Source: Octopus sinensis
Taxonomy: Eukaryota
Length of the DNA stretch: 64,000 nucleotides
Assembly (NCBI RefSeq): GCF_006345805.1
Contig: NC_043010.1
Coordinates: forward strand, 18,476,001-18,540,000
Reading direction: 5' to 3'
Below the pieces are notes generated by a model. That model did not search any database. It was given only the letters and a program-made list of their open reading frames with translations, and was not told the DNA's origin. Below, piece by piece: positions 36,880 to 49,569 of the stretch (the first letter of the stretch is position 1; every line of letters begins with the position of its first letter). The position numbers and the translations under genes are program-made.

Positions 36880-37173
36880 TTTTGAAGAGCTACTGATAGT
36901 TTCATACTGTAAAGATAGAATAATTTGGCAAGTTTACATAACATGCCATGTGTTTCCAGGAAATCTTCTAGGTTTTTTGCATCAACTTCTTCGTTTTTTC
37001 TTCTCTTCCTTTTTTCCCCTTATGTTTTCTCAATGCCTAACGTCCCGGTTTTCAAATGGGTCTAACAGTAAACACTGACCCCAAGAGATTCCTTGGAGAT
37101 ACATGGCATGTCATAAAAATCTGCCAAATTGTAGTATCTCTACAGCCTGAAACTGTGAGTAGATCTTTTTAAA
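36880..37173. mobile_element. Old MITE-like inverted repeat (~90-bp diverged arms)
   Basis: agtttcatactgtaaagata..aatttggca..acatgccatgt is inverted relative to acatggcatgt..tgccaaatt..tatctctacagcctgaaact. Confidence 0.6.
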
Positions 37174-37287
37174 CTCTGTGTATATTAAATGCTGTTTATC
37201 TCCTGCTGAATGGAGTACTTTTCTCTTGATACTACCTATAACGGAACAGTAAACATACATACATACATACATACACACATACATACA

Positions 37288-37318
<31 letters not shown>

Positions 37319-38265
37319 CATACATGCATACATGCATACATGCATACATACATACACACACACACATACATACATACATACATACATACATACATACATA
37401 CATACATACATGCATGCATGCATACATGCATACATACATACATACATACATACATAATACATACATACATAAATACATACATACATACAAACAAAAATAC
37501 TGTGATGATGTTGTTGAAATTCCAATGGAGGAGCTTCGGATCTGGGTTAGAAACCGGTTCTTTCTCTATTGGTATGCAATCTTGAAATAAAACTGGACAA
37601 TGACATACATACATTCATACATCTATACGTACATACATACTTATATACTTACATGTATGTATGTGTGTGTATGTGTCTGTGTGTCTGTGTATTATATGAT
37701 TATGTGATTGACCAGACTGTCAGATGTTGTTATACATCGCTGATCACAATGCACTTGACGTCATATTAGCTTTCGAATGATGCCACTCAGCAGCTGGCCA
37801 GGAGGACAGGCCAACAGCCACCCCTGATCGGAAGAATATTCCGTTGCGGGGCCGATCCATTTACAGCCGAGTGAACTGGAGCAACACTGAAATGAAGTGT
37901 TTTGCTCAAGAACACAACGCGCTGAAACCGGAACCATGTGTTTGGGAAACAGACTTCTTACCCCACAGCCACGCCTGCGCCTAAAACATCTTCCAATTTT
38001 TAAAACAATAAACGTGAGATTTTCACTGAGACTACAACTTCAGAAATGATATTTTCTAAAAATTGCATTTTCATGTCTTGAAGTAGGGGTGGGATGGGAA
38101 TTTGATATTTGTTAGCAGGCGAGGGGACAGCTAGAGACTTGATTCACTCTTATTAGATTTCATCAGCAAAATAGTTTCTTCGCTATCTAGTTTAATCTAT
38201 GGGTGAAAATAGATTTTAGCAAAAGGGTGAAGAACAGTTCCAGTAAGTATCAAATTGCATAATTA

Positions 38266-38653
38266 CAGTATATACTCGACTATAAAACGCCCCCGCGTAT
38301 AAGACTTACAAGGTTCAAATCGGGAATTTTATCATTGACCCGACTATAAGCCGCAGCGACATTTTTGATGTTGGAGAGCAAAGTTCGATTAGGAATCGCG
38401 CCGGTTGTTCAGTAACCGAGCTTTCATTAAGGTGGAGATGACACAACAACTGTTATCCTGTTAAGTCCATACATTTTAGAAACCGTTGTTTATAGTGTAA
38501 AATTTTATCCTTTTCGATTATTCTAGGCGTCGGAACTTCAGACGTGGCTTCTACCTAGAAAATATCTGAAGATTTTTTTGTAGAATGCGCTTATAACTTT
38601 AGGTGAAAATTTCAAGGGGGTAAAAAGTGCGACTTATAGCCGAGTATATACGG
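38266..38653. mobile_element. pogo/Tigger-like MITE
   Basis: TIRs cagtatatactcgactataa / ttatagccgagtatatacgg with TA TSD. Confidence 0.8.
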
Positions 38654-38874
38654 TACAAACGAAAGAAAATAACCAATAGCATAAAATTAGAAAATATTGG
38701 TAGATGCTGATGTAGCGAAAATATTGGTAGATCGTTAGGACAGCGGACTCGCGGTCATAGGATCGGAGTTTCGATTCCCAGACCGGGCGTTGTGGGTGTT
38801 TATTGAGCAAAAACATCTAGATGCTGATGTAGCGACTGACAAAGGCAAAGATGTAATCATTTATTCATGCTTGC

Positions 38875-38922
<48 letters not shown>

Positions 38923-39073
38923 TGCAAGTATATATACGCCGCCACACGTCTTTAGACATATATTTTTGTGTGTGAGAGCGTATATGTACGTATCTATATA
39001 TGCATGAATATGCAAATATGCATGTGTGTGCGTGTGTGTGTGTGCGCGCGTGTAAATAAAGACATGTATATAA

Positions 39074-39125
<52 letters not shown>

Positions 39126-40036
39126 TATATATTCCAAGTGTTTGCCTTCCTCTCTCATAACGCAGAAACATCCCCATTTTCAGTTCCTCCTCTGCTGACT
39201 CTGAGAAAGTAAATAACAGGTGTGTGTGTGTGTAATTATATATATTATATATATATATATATATAATATATATTATATATATATACACATAGACATACAT
39301 ATAAACACCCACACAATCCAATTTAATATCTAATTAATTTAATCTACGACAAACAAACAAATAAATGAATCTACATCCGTTTCACTCTAGCCTCGTTCTG
39401 AGATTATTACCAATGGCCGGAAGAGGCTTTCCTGTTGACGCGGTCGTCGAAGTTCTTACAATTCCTGTTTCCTCACTTCCTGGTCAGCCATCACTGAACA
39501 GACCTATAATCGAAGGCCAATCTACTCGTGACAATCTCTTCTTTTATTTTCTTATACCGTGAGTCCTCCAATTTTTAAGAGAGTAGAATGTGATGCAGCA
39601 AAGTTTCGGTTGCTATTTCTACCAAGCCGGTAGACCACGTAAGGGCCTTCCTCGGTGCGCTGAAGGAAAGATTTAGTGGTGTTCATCTGTTCTGCAATAT
39701 TATATTGTTATCAATGGCTCTGAAGCTCAGTCGATATAGCGGACGTGACTTAATAAAACATACACGTATAGCTTTGTGTCGTTATTCTACCAAATATATA
39801 CGTTTTTATTATTTTGCAATTTACTTAATCATTGGTATATTATTGTTATTTTATTTTTAATATTTCTATTATATGTAATTTTCTAGATGGTGTAATTTAA
39901 TTTTGAATTGATAAAAGGTGGGTTTTTTCTAATTTATATATATATATTATATTTGTGAAATTTGATTTAGTATTTCTAAATCGAATTTGTCCCTGTAAGT
40001 TAGGAATAATATTCCCTCAAATAATTATTATAATTA

Positions 40037-40079
<43 letters not shown>

Positions 40080-40288
40080 ATATATTAATATATATATATA
40101 TATATATACATGTATGCATGTGTGAGTATGTGTGTGTGCATGCGTGGGTTTGTATGTGCGTGTATTATGTATGCATGTATGAAAGCATGTATGCATGTGT
40201 GTGAATGTGTGTGTGCGTGTGTGTGTGTGTACAATAGACGAATGGCTATCTGGTTTTACTACAATTGTTTCGCTAAGGGTCGACATTG

Positions 40289-40504
40289 TGACGTAAGCAT
40301 AGTACAGTCAGGCAAGCAGTATGAGCGACATCCATAAGGTTACGTAATATGTTACGTAAATCTCAACTCATCAGGCTAACGAAATAAGCAAGCGGGCCGT
40401 GTCATGTTGATTAATCAACAGACATACCGATGATCTATTGATTATTACGTGATCCTATGAATGTTGTGCATACTGCGTACCTAACTGTACCGTGGTTACG
40501 TCAT
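40289..40504. promoter_or_regulatory. Cluster of five PAR/CRE-type bZIP sites
   Basis: tgacgtaa 40289, gttacgtaat 40339, gttacgtaaa 40351, attacgtgat 40444 and gttacgtcat 40495, in non-repetitive DNA. Confidence 0.4.
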
Positions 40505-40796
40505 AGTAAAGACTCTTCTAGCGATATTGCATAACCCATTCGTTTGTCATGTTTTGCGTTAGGCTTAAGACTCCATTCATCTTTGGATACTTTTGGATAC
40601 TACTGGTGTTGTGAATTACCTAACAACAGTGAACTTCCATTCATCGACAAATTCCACGCTATCATAATAAATTATTGAACGGTCTGATTTCCGATATTCT
40701 GCCCAGCCAATAACTGTGGCCTGTTTCACTTTCATGGATCCTTTATAATTAAATCTGTCTATCAATCTATCTATCTATCTATCTATCAATCAATCA

Positions 40797-40871
<75 letters not shown>

Positions 40872-40872
40872 A

Positions 40873-40931
<59 letters not shown>

Positions 40932-40979
40932 AGTAAATGTATATATATATATGTATATATAGATATGTATGCATGTATG

Positions 40980-41014
<35 letters not shown>

Positions 41015-41015
41015 A

Positions 41016-41244
41016 CAGGGTTGGCCAAAGGTCAGCCGAATGTAAATCAAAATTCCATAAATACTCTCTGTAATTCTGTATTGACTTGAATGGAAAAATG
41101 TGTCGCTCAAGAAGGTCTTCAGTTTGAACAGTTCTCATGATGTTTCATTTTTCGATGCTTTTATTAATATTCATTCAGTTGTTAAACATAAATCTTGGAA
41201 TTAAATGGTTTTGATTTACTGTCATGTGACTTTTGGCAACCCTC
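41016..41244. mobile_element. Tc1/mariner-type MITE
   Basis: ta|cagggttggccaaaggtca ... tgacttttggcaaccctc|ta. Confidence 0.6.
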
Positions 41245-41294
41245 TATGTATGTGTGTGTGTATATATATATTATATATATATATATATATAGTA

Positions 41295-41330
<36 letters not shown>

Positions 41331-41390
41331 ATATATATATATATATATAATAATATATTTATATATATATATATAATATATATATATATA

Positions 41391-41426
<36 letters not shown>

Positions 41427-41519
41427 GTATTATGTATGTATAATGTATGTATGTATAGAGAGAGACAGACAGACAGACAGAGAAATATGATGGTGAGGGG
41501 TGTATTCTCACACATACAC

Positions 41520-41835
41520 ATGGGCGTGGCTGTGTGGTAAGGAGCTTGCTTCCCAACCACATTGGTTCTACTATAACCTCGGGCCGACCAAATCCTTGTG
41601 AGTGGATTTGGTAGACGGAAACTAAAAGAAGCGCGTCATATATGTGTGTGTCTGTGTCTGTGTTTCTGTCTGTCAGTCTACATTTGTCCCCATGACATCA
41701 CTTGACAACCGATGCTGGTGTGTTTATGTCCCCGTAAAATAGCGGCTCAGCAAAAGTGATTTATAGAAATACTAGGCTTACAAAGAATCAGTCCTGGGGT
41801 CAATTTCTTCAACTAAAATTGACCCCAGGACTTAT
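41520..41835 (+). mobile_element. tRNA-derived SINE
   Basis: gtggctgtgtggtaag head; gtgagtggatttggtagacggaaact body shared with other copies. Confidence 0.8.
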
Positions 41836-41939
41836 TATATATATATATATTATTCCAGAGTGTAGGAGATGGCTGTAACAGCACTTTGAACACACCCTAT
41901 AAAACACTGATTGTCTCAGGCTACAGCTTATCACAATTC

Positions 41940-42279
41940 CATCCTGGTAACCAGGTCTACCTGACAGGGGTGGACCCCCGAAACTGTTCCTCACTCTCCC
42001 TACAGTCCAGACCTTGCTCCCAGTGACATTTGGTTTTTCTCCAAGGAGAAGGAGAACGTGGGAGAGGCTGTCGTTTTGAAGACATTGAAAAGATGAAGAA
42101 GGTTGTGACAAGCAAGGGTCCAGAATACTTTCGGTTTGGAGGAAATCCAAGGGGCCCTCACGATGTGGCTGCATCGTAACAAAAAGTCCGTTGAAAACAG
42201 AGGAGCCTACTATTTATATTTCTTTGAAATTAATTAATGTCCCTCCTGAAAAGTCTCAAGACTTCTGGAATGCACCTCG
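41940..42279 (+). mobile_element. mariner 3' fragment
   Basis: cctcactctccctacagtccagaccttgctcccagtgacatttgg = PHSPYSPDLAPSDIW. Confidence 0.8.
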
Positions 42280-42734
42280 AACATAACACACAAGTATCTC
42301 CACTACCTACAGCCCTAGATATGTGTGTGTAAGTTATAGAGGTGCGCAGTGCTCAATACATAATGCAGAGCCTATTACAGTATACTCTAATAAGTGTATA
42401 TTAATATATATATACACAAAAATACTTATCAAAATACAACTATTAATATTGATATTATATCTCGTACCCATAGGTTTCATGTAGTGTCGTACAATCATCA
42501 GCAACGAAGAAGGTCTGGGTAATACAGCAACTGTGTCTATATTCACTTTCGGGTGTTCCATGTAATCGAATTGCTACGGTTTCAATTCTGTTGTTTCTCG
42601 AATTTTACTGCTATACGAAAATGTTTTATTACACACACATACACACACGCACACACACTCACACACAAACATACATACATACATACATACATGCATACGT
42701 ACGTACATACATTGGTATACTTATGGCATCAACA

Positions 42735-42820
<86 letters not shown>

Positions 42821-42983
42821 TGGTTGATATCATAAGAACTCATAAACTTCGAGTGAACGTGAAATAATTCATTTCTGGAACGGTGGATCTCGAGGCAAAT
42901 AAAGCTATAAATAGTAATGTTTAAATATCAAACTGATCCCATTTTTATCCCCTTTCAGGGTACCTCTCCCTTTACTCACTTAC

Positions 42984-43102
42984 ACGCCTCAGCAAAGTTT
43001 TGGTCCTTTCGAAGAATTTCTTCGTCTGTGTCACACAGCAATACTCTTTTGGTAAATACCAATTCCTCGCCAGCGACCAGACTCTCTCCTATCGTGTTGC
43101 AT
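42984..43102 (-). CDS. Candidate upstream exon of the minus-strand gene
   Basis: GTAAGT donor at 42983. Frame ..ESLVAGEELVFTKRVLLCDTDEEILRKDQNFAEA is phase-compatible with the 34988 exon. No in-frame ATG or clear acceptor. Confidence 0.35.
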
Positions 43103-43177
43103 TCGTTGCTTCAATGCCAAAGCTGCTTTTGCAGCTTTTTTGATGTCGTTTTTGTAAAACGTTGATGTTGTTGTTGT

Positions 43178-43209
<32 letters not shown>

Positions 43210-43393
43210 GCCAATATGTGGAACGAAGATCCAATATCTTTCAACATTCCAAGAATTCAGTAATGCAGTTATTAGAGCTGTGTGTGTGTGCGTGTGTGCG
43301 TGTGTATGTGTGTGTGTGTGTGTGTGTATCCTGCCTCCGCAAATGGTGATCGTGAGAAAATTGCAATTAAAATTATGTTGATGATGTTAATGA

Positions 43394-43417
43394 TCCTCCT
43401 CCTCCTCCTCCTCCTCC

Positions 43418-43448
<31 letters not shown>

Positions 43449-43694
43449 TATCATCATCATCCTCATCCCCCTCATCATCATCATTGTCATCATCATCATC
43501 ATCGTCGTCGTCGTCGTCGTCATCATCATCGTCATCGTCGTCATCTTCAACATAATCAACATCGACGTCGCCGTCATCATCATCATCACCATCGTCATCA
43601 TCACCATCATCACCATCATCATCATCGTCATCATCACCATCATCATCATCGTCACCATCATCATCATCATCATCATCACCATCATCACCAAAAC

Positions 43695-43751
<57 letters not shown>

Positions 43752-43782
43752 TACCATCATCATCATTGAGAGCATCATCATA
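43394..43782. repeat. (CAT)n/(CCT)n/(CGT)n trinucleotide field
   Basis: Visible repeat. Confidence 0.95.
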
Positions 43783-44214
43783 TAGATTTCTATGTCGTTG
43801 AATATCACTAATTATAGCACGGTATCCGATCTACTCTACACTGTTCATTTCCCTGCGGAAGGACGAAGGCAAAAGTCGATTTTCATCTCCATGAAACTCC
43901 AATACTTTAACGTAGTAAATTTATTACTTTGTATGTCCAGAACATATACAAGTCGACAATAGTTCGTTCTACGAGTCTACGAAACATTAAGTCGCATGGA
44001 GTTGAGTTAAATTATTAGAAAAATTATTTGTAACACCAACCAAATGTGTTGGGTGACACTTTCGTTTGTCCACTCGCGCACGCGTGCGTATTTATATGTG
44101 TGTGTTTGTTTTTATGTTCAGTTACGATAAAAACGATTTTGCATTAATCTGATGGGTTACTCTATACTTTTGTAGAGTACAAATTTATTGGTCTTATATA
44201 AGAATATTACTGAC

Positions 44215-44279
44215 GGTAACTTCGAAGTTTCGGCCAGCTAAGCCGACGATGCTTAGCTGGTCAAAACTTCGAAGTCACT
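44215..44279. ncRNA. Isolated 65-nt hairpin (pre-miRNA-sized) or palindromic mini-element
   Basis: 29-bp stem with two mismatches and G:U pairs; 7-nt loop cgacgat. Confidence 0.3.
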
Positions 44280-44305
44280 GTTTGTAATATTCTTGTTTAA
44301 GAATA

Positions 44306-44349
44306 ATGTGTGTGTGTGTTTATGTATGTATGCACGTATATATGTATGC

Positions 44350-44380
<31 letters not shown>

Positions 44381-44498
44381 TGTATGTATGTATGTATGTA
44401 TGTATGTATGTGTGTGTATGTATGTATGTATGTATGTATGTATGTATGCATGTATGTATGCATATATATGTATGTATGTATATATGTATGTATGTATG

Positions 44499-44532
<34 letters not shown>

Positions 44533-44971
44533 TGTATGTATGTGTATGTATGTATGTATGTATGTATGTATGTATGTATGCATGTATGTATGCATATATA
44601 TGTATGTATGTATATATGTATGTATGTATGTATATATGTATGTTGTATGTATGTATGTATGTATGTATGTATGTATGTATGTATGTATGCACGTATATGT
44701 ATGCATATATATGTATGTATGCACGTATATATGTATGCATATATATGTATGTATGTATGCATGTATGTATGTGTATGTATGTGTGTGTAGTATGTATGTA
44801 TGTATGTATGTATGTATGTATGTATGTATGCACGTGTGTATGTATGCATATATATGTATGTATGTATATATGTATGTATATATGTATGTATGTATGCACG
44901 TATATATGTATGCATATATATGTATGTATGTATGTATGTATATATGTATGTATGCACGTATATATGTATGC

Positions 44972-45006
<35 letters not shown>

Positions 45007-45039
45007 TGTATGTATGTATGTATGCATGTATGTATGTAT
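44306..45039. repeat. (TATG)n microsatellite
   Basis: Visible repeat. Confidence 0.95.
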
Positions 45040-45204
45040 TCAGACCACCTCCCCAGATAACTTCTCTTGAGTCTCTAAAAAGCGCTGCTCTTTTTCTAAT
45101 ATACATGAAAATATGCTTAACTTCTTAACTGGTTATTAATTGTGTGCGTGTATAAATGATAAGGTACTTAAAAGTGTTAAGTTGTTAACTGATCGATATT
45201 TGAA

Positions 45205-45600
45205 GTAAAGTGAGGAACTGGCAGAACCGTTAGCACGCCGGGCGAAATGCTTAGCGGTATTTCGTCTGCGTTACGTTGTGAGTTCAAATTCCGCCGAGGT
45301 CGACTTTGCCTTTCATCCTTTTGGGGTCGATAAATTAAGTACCAGTTACGCACTGGGTCGATGTAATCGACATAATACCTATGTCTGTCCTTGTTTGTCC
45401 CCTCTGTGTTTAGCCCCTTGTGGGCAATAAAGAAATAGGTATTTCGCCCGTCTTCACGTTCTAAGTTCAAAGTCCGCCGAGGTCGACTTTGCTTTTCATT
45501 CTTCTGGGATCGATAAAATAAGTACCAGTTGCGTAGTGAGGTCGATGTAATCGACTTATCGCCCTCCCCAGAACTTGCTGGCCTTGTGCAAAAATCTGAA
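45205..45600 (+). mobile_element. Nin/Deu-domain-like tRNA SINE plus a second partial copy
   Basis: A box tggcagaaccgtt, B box gagttcaaattcc, gcctttcatccttttggggtcgataaattaagtacc domain, tail ttgtgggcaataaagaaata. Body repeated from 45438. Confidence 0.8.
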
Positions 45601-46608
45601 GTGGAACATTCGAAGTTCGCAGTTAAAAACATTGAAAGACAAACATTGGTAAGGTTAATAGTTTGCTACAAATACTGGTGCTGCTGCTGCTGCTAGTAGT
45701 AGTAGTTCGATGATTACGATGATGATGATTCTGTAAGATGTGTTTCGAGAAACCCTCGCTACCGTGGTCAGCAACTAACAACAACAACAACAATACCACG
45801 AATATTACCACAATCACCACCCTTAATACCACCCTAACGATCATCACTATCACAAGCCCTAACAACAACAACAACAACAACGCCAGCAACATCACAGTAA
45901 CGACTGCCATTTTGCCGCTTAAACACAGAATATAACGAATTTTAATTCGATAAGGTGGGCAAATCTTTTCGTAATCCGTCTTTTTATTCAGCTTGTTAAT
46001 CCATTAATTAATCTTCTCATTTTTTGCCTTCCATCCTCTCAAACAGACGACAACCCTCAACAAAACGGTCGTTCGCCGTCCTGCTGTCTGAACGCCTCCA
46101 CTTACTTTAGCCACAGTTACATCCCTTCATTAAACATGGTGACATATGGTTTGGCTTGCCCTTAACGCCTCAGTTGCTCTTTCTGCACCTTTATTGTTAT
46201 TCTTGTTGTTGTTGGTTATTTAGCTTTTGGTTTGTTTACTGTTTTTTATTCATTTATTTTTATTTGTTTTATCATAATTTCGTATTTTCTTGTCTTTCTC
46301 TTTTCGTTAACGCTACCAACTTTCTACCAAATTGAGGGATGCATGTGTATGCGGAAGAGAGTATACATGGGTGACGGCGTATATGTGTGTAAGAGGGTCT
46401 GTATGCATGCCAATGTGAATGTTGCAGTGTGTGTGTGTGTGTGTGTGAGTGTGTGTGTGTATGTTCTTTCATTAGCTTGTTAGGCCCCATTGTGATCAAA
46501 TGGATATGTATGTGTGAATGTCTTTTTGTATGTATACGAAAGTATATTTATGTATATATATTATGTATATGTGTTTGTGTGTGTGTATGTATGCATGCAT
46601 GTATGTAT

Positions 46609-46660
<52 letters not shown>

Positions 46661-47026
46661 TCACACGTACACCCACACACATTCACTTGTACACATACGC
46701 GTGTGTGTGTGTATGTGCTTTCTCTCTCTTTTTCTTTCTCCTTAATAAAAAATTGTGGTTTTTATTGACATCCAACCACTACCTCTGACTTTTCTGTTCC
46801 ATTCTTCTAATTTCGTTCTTTCTTATTTCATTCAATATTCACTTCTTCTTCTTCTTCATCTTCTTCTTCTTCTTCTTCCTCTTCTTTTCTTCTTCTTCTT
46901 CTTCTTCTTCTTTCTTCTTCTCTTCTTCTTCTTCTTCTTCTTCGTCTTCTTCTTCTTCTTCTTCTTGTGTATACATACACACAATATATATATATATATA
47001 TATAATATATATATATTATATATATA

Positions 47027-47096
<70 letters not shown>

Positions 47097-47364
47097 TATA
47101 TATATATATATATATATACATATGCCCCAGCATGGCCGCAATCCAACGACTGAAACAAATAAAAGAAATAAATGTGTGTATGCGCGTATGTGTGTGTGTA
47201 TATCTGTCTATCTATTTCTCTGTATGTCTGTTTGTCGTAATCCACCCCACGTACCCATTAATTTTCCGGTCTTTCTGAAAGGATTAACAACTCATTGAGG
47301 ATAAAAAGATTTCAAAAGGAGCTCTCTCTTCTCTCAAAAGCTAAGTACCGCCGTCAAACACACA

Positions 47365-47461
<97 letters not shown>

Positions 47462-48019
47462 GCAAATAATCATGGTGAGCGCGTAAATCGCCGCTGATGA
47501 AACCTACTTTCACAAACACACCGAGCGATTCTCGCTCGAACATGGCGAGTGGCACAAACGATTTCGCGGCACCAGAGAAACATCACGTGGTAAGAAAAAA
47601 AGAAACGAGAGAAAGAGAAGGAGATAAGGCATATGATGCAAGAAGGATGAGGAAGCAGAAGATTTTACGAACAAGAGCGGAGCTTGGCGCGTGCCGCCTC
47701 TTAGTTTCAGCCACTCGACTGTGTCTCAATGCAGATTACACCACCCTCTGTTCATCCACAAACAGCCACAAACAGCCCCAAACCGCCTACTTCATTTAGA
47801 GCCAGCAACGTAAATCTGTTGGCTGTTTAGCTTCGCTTTTGTTGGAGAGTAATGTGGACAACTCTCGTTGCTGTTGTTGAATGTTTCTTTTTAAGCTGTC
47901 CGTTTATCGCTTCTAGAGAAATAGACAGCAAAGTAGACAGGTAAGAGATACAGGTATACAGGTGTGTGTGTGTGGAGGGTTAGAGAGAGAGAGAAAGAGA
48001 GAAATAGAGAAATAGATAA

Positions 48020-48091
<72 letters not shown>

Positions 48092-48101
48092 ATAGACAGA
48101 C

Positions 48102-48166
<65 letters not shown>

Positions 48167-48899
48167 TGTCTGCATATATGCATATATATACACACACACA
48201 CAAAGCACACACTCACATACATAGACGCACACACACGCGTATACTCTGTCTCACACACGCACGCACACATTTAAGAGTATGTGTATATGCGCGTGTTGTA
48301 TATAGATAGGGAAATACATAAATAGACAGATGGATGGATAGAGAGAGGGGGAGAGAGAGAGAGAGGCCAATAAACAGACAGACGGTCAAGCAGGCAGGCA
48401 GGCAGGCAGGCAGGCAGGCAAGAAGGCGGACAGATGTGTTGGAAGACGAAAATATGTTGAATGCCCACTTGGCATCGTGGAACAATTGCTGACACTCTCT
48501 GGTCCACGTGACTCAAAATGGCAACACGACTGTTCTGATTAGGGCTGTATAGGACCCTTACTTTTGTTGATGGTGGTGTTTAGGGGGATCGTTATGGTTT
48601 GACCGGATAATCGGTCAGATTCCTAGCTTAGGGATCTTACATTCAATCTTCTTTTACGTGCCGAAGGCTTCCTGTGTAAAACCCAGCCTCACCACCACCA
48701 CCGCCACCGCCATCCTCACCAGTACTACCAACACCAACTACGTTATCACCATCGTCATCACCATCATCATCACCATCATCTTCATAATTAGACTGAATCG
48801 TTAGTGTCAGGAAAAATTCCTTGCGATATTCACTTAAATAAATATTTTGCGTTCAAATCCTGCCGAGATCGACTTTGCTTTGAATCTTTCAGAGGTCGC

Positions 48900-48906
48900 A
48901 GTAGTG

Positions 48907-48983
<77 letters not shown>

Positions 48984-49017
48984 GGTGGTGGTGGTGGGGG
49001 TAGTGGTGGTGGTGGTG

Positions 49018-49115
<98 letters not shown>
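48900..49115. repeat. (TAG)n-(TGG)n-(TAG)n compound microsatellite
   Basis: Visible repeat. Confidence 0.95.
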
Positions 49116-49116
<1 letters not shown>

Positions 49117-49409
49117 TTTTGAAGATGGCTGAAGTGTCCAAACATAACTCTATACAGAAGTCCGAATTCTATGTTTGTCCTATAGGAAAAACTAAGTTAT
49201 TTATTCCATTAACGCATGAGTTACAACAACGCCACTTTACACTTTGGAGTAGAAAAAAAAAAGATTATCGCAAGACGTTCTTCAATATTATATTTTATTG
49301 ATATTTCCTTCTTTGTATAAGAATACGTCATCTACGTCTGGTGAACCTCCAAGAACTACAAAGACTTTTTGAACAGATCATTGAACATTGAAGAAAAACT
49401 GACGGAGGT

Positions 49410-49565
49410 GCAGGCGAGGTTGTCTGGTACAGAGGTTGCTTCCAAATCACACGGTTCTGGGCTCAGTTCCACTGCGTGGCACCTTCGGTGAGTGTGTTCT
49501 ATTATAGCTTCCGACCAACCAAAGCCTTGTGAGTGGATATGGTAGACGGAAACAGAAAGAAGCTT
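49410..49565 (+). mobile_element. Diverged tRNA SINE directly preceding the satellite
   Basis: gggctcagttccactgcgtggcacctt...gtgagtggatatggtagacggaaac. Confidence 0.7.
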
Positions 49566-49569
49566 CAAA

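Noticed and set aside
46100-46190. Minus-strand exon ending at GTAAGT (46105)
   Set aside because: Both nearby ATG frames stop before the donor and there is no acceptor. A 6-mer is expected by chance.
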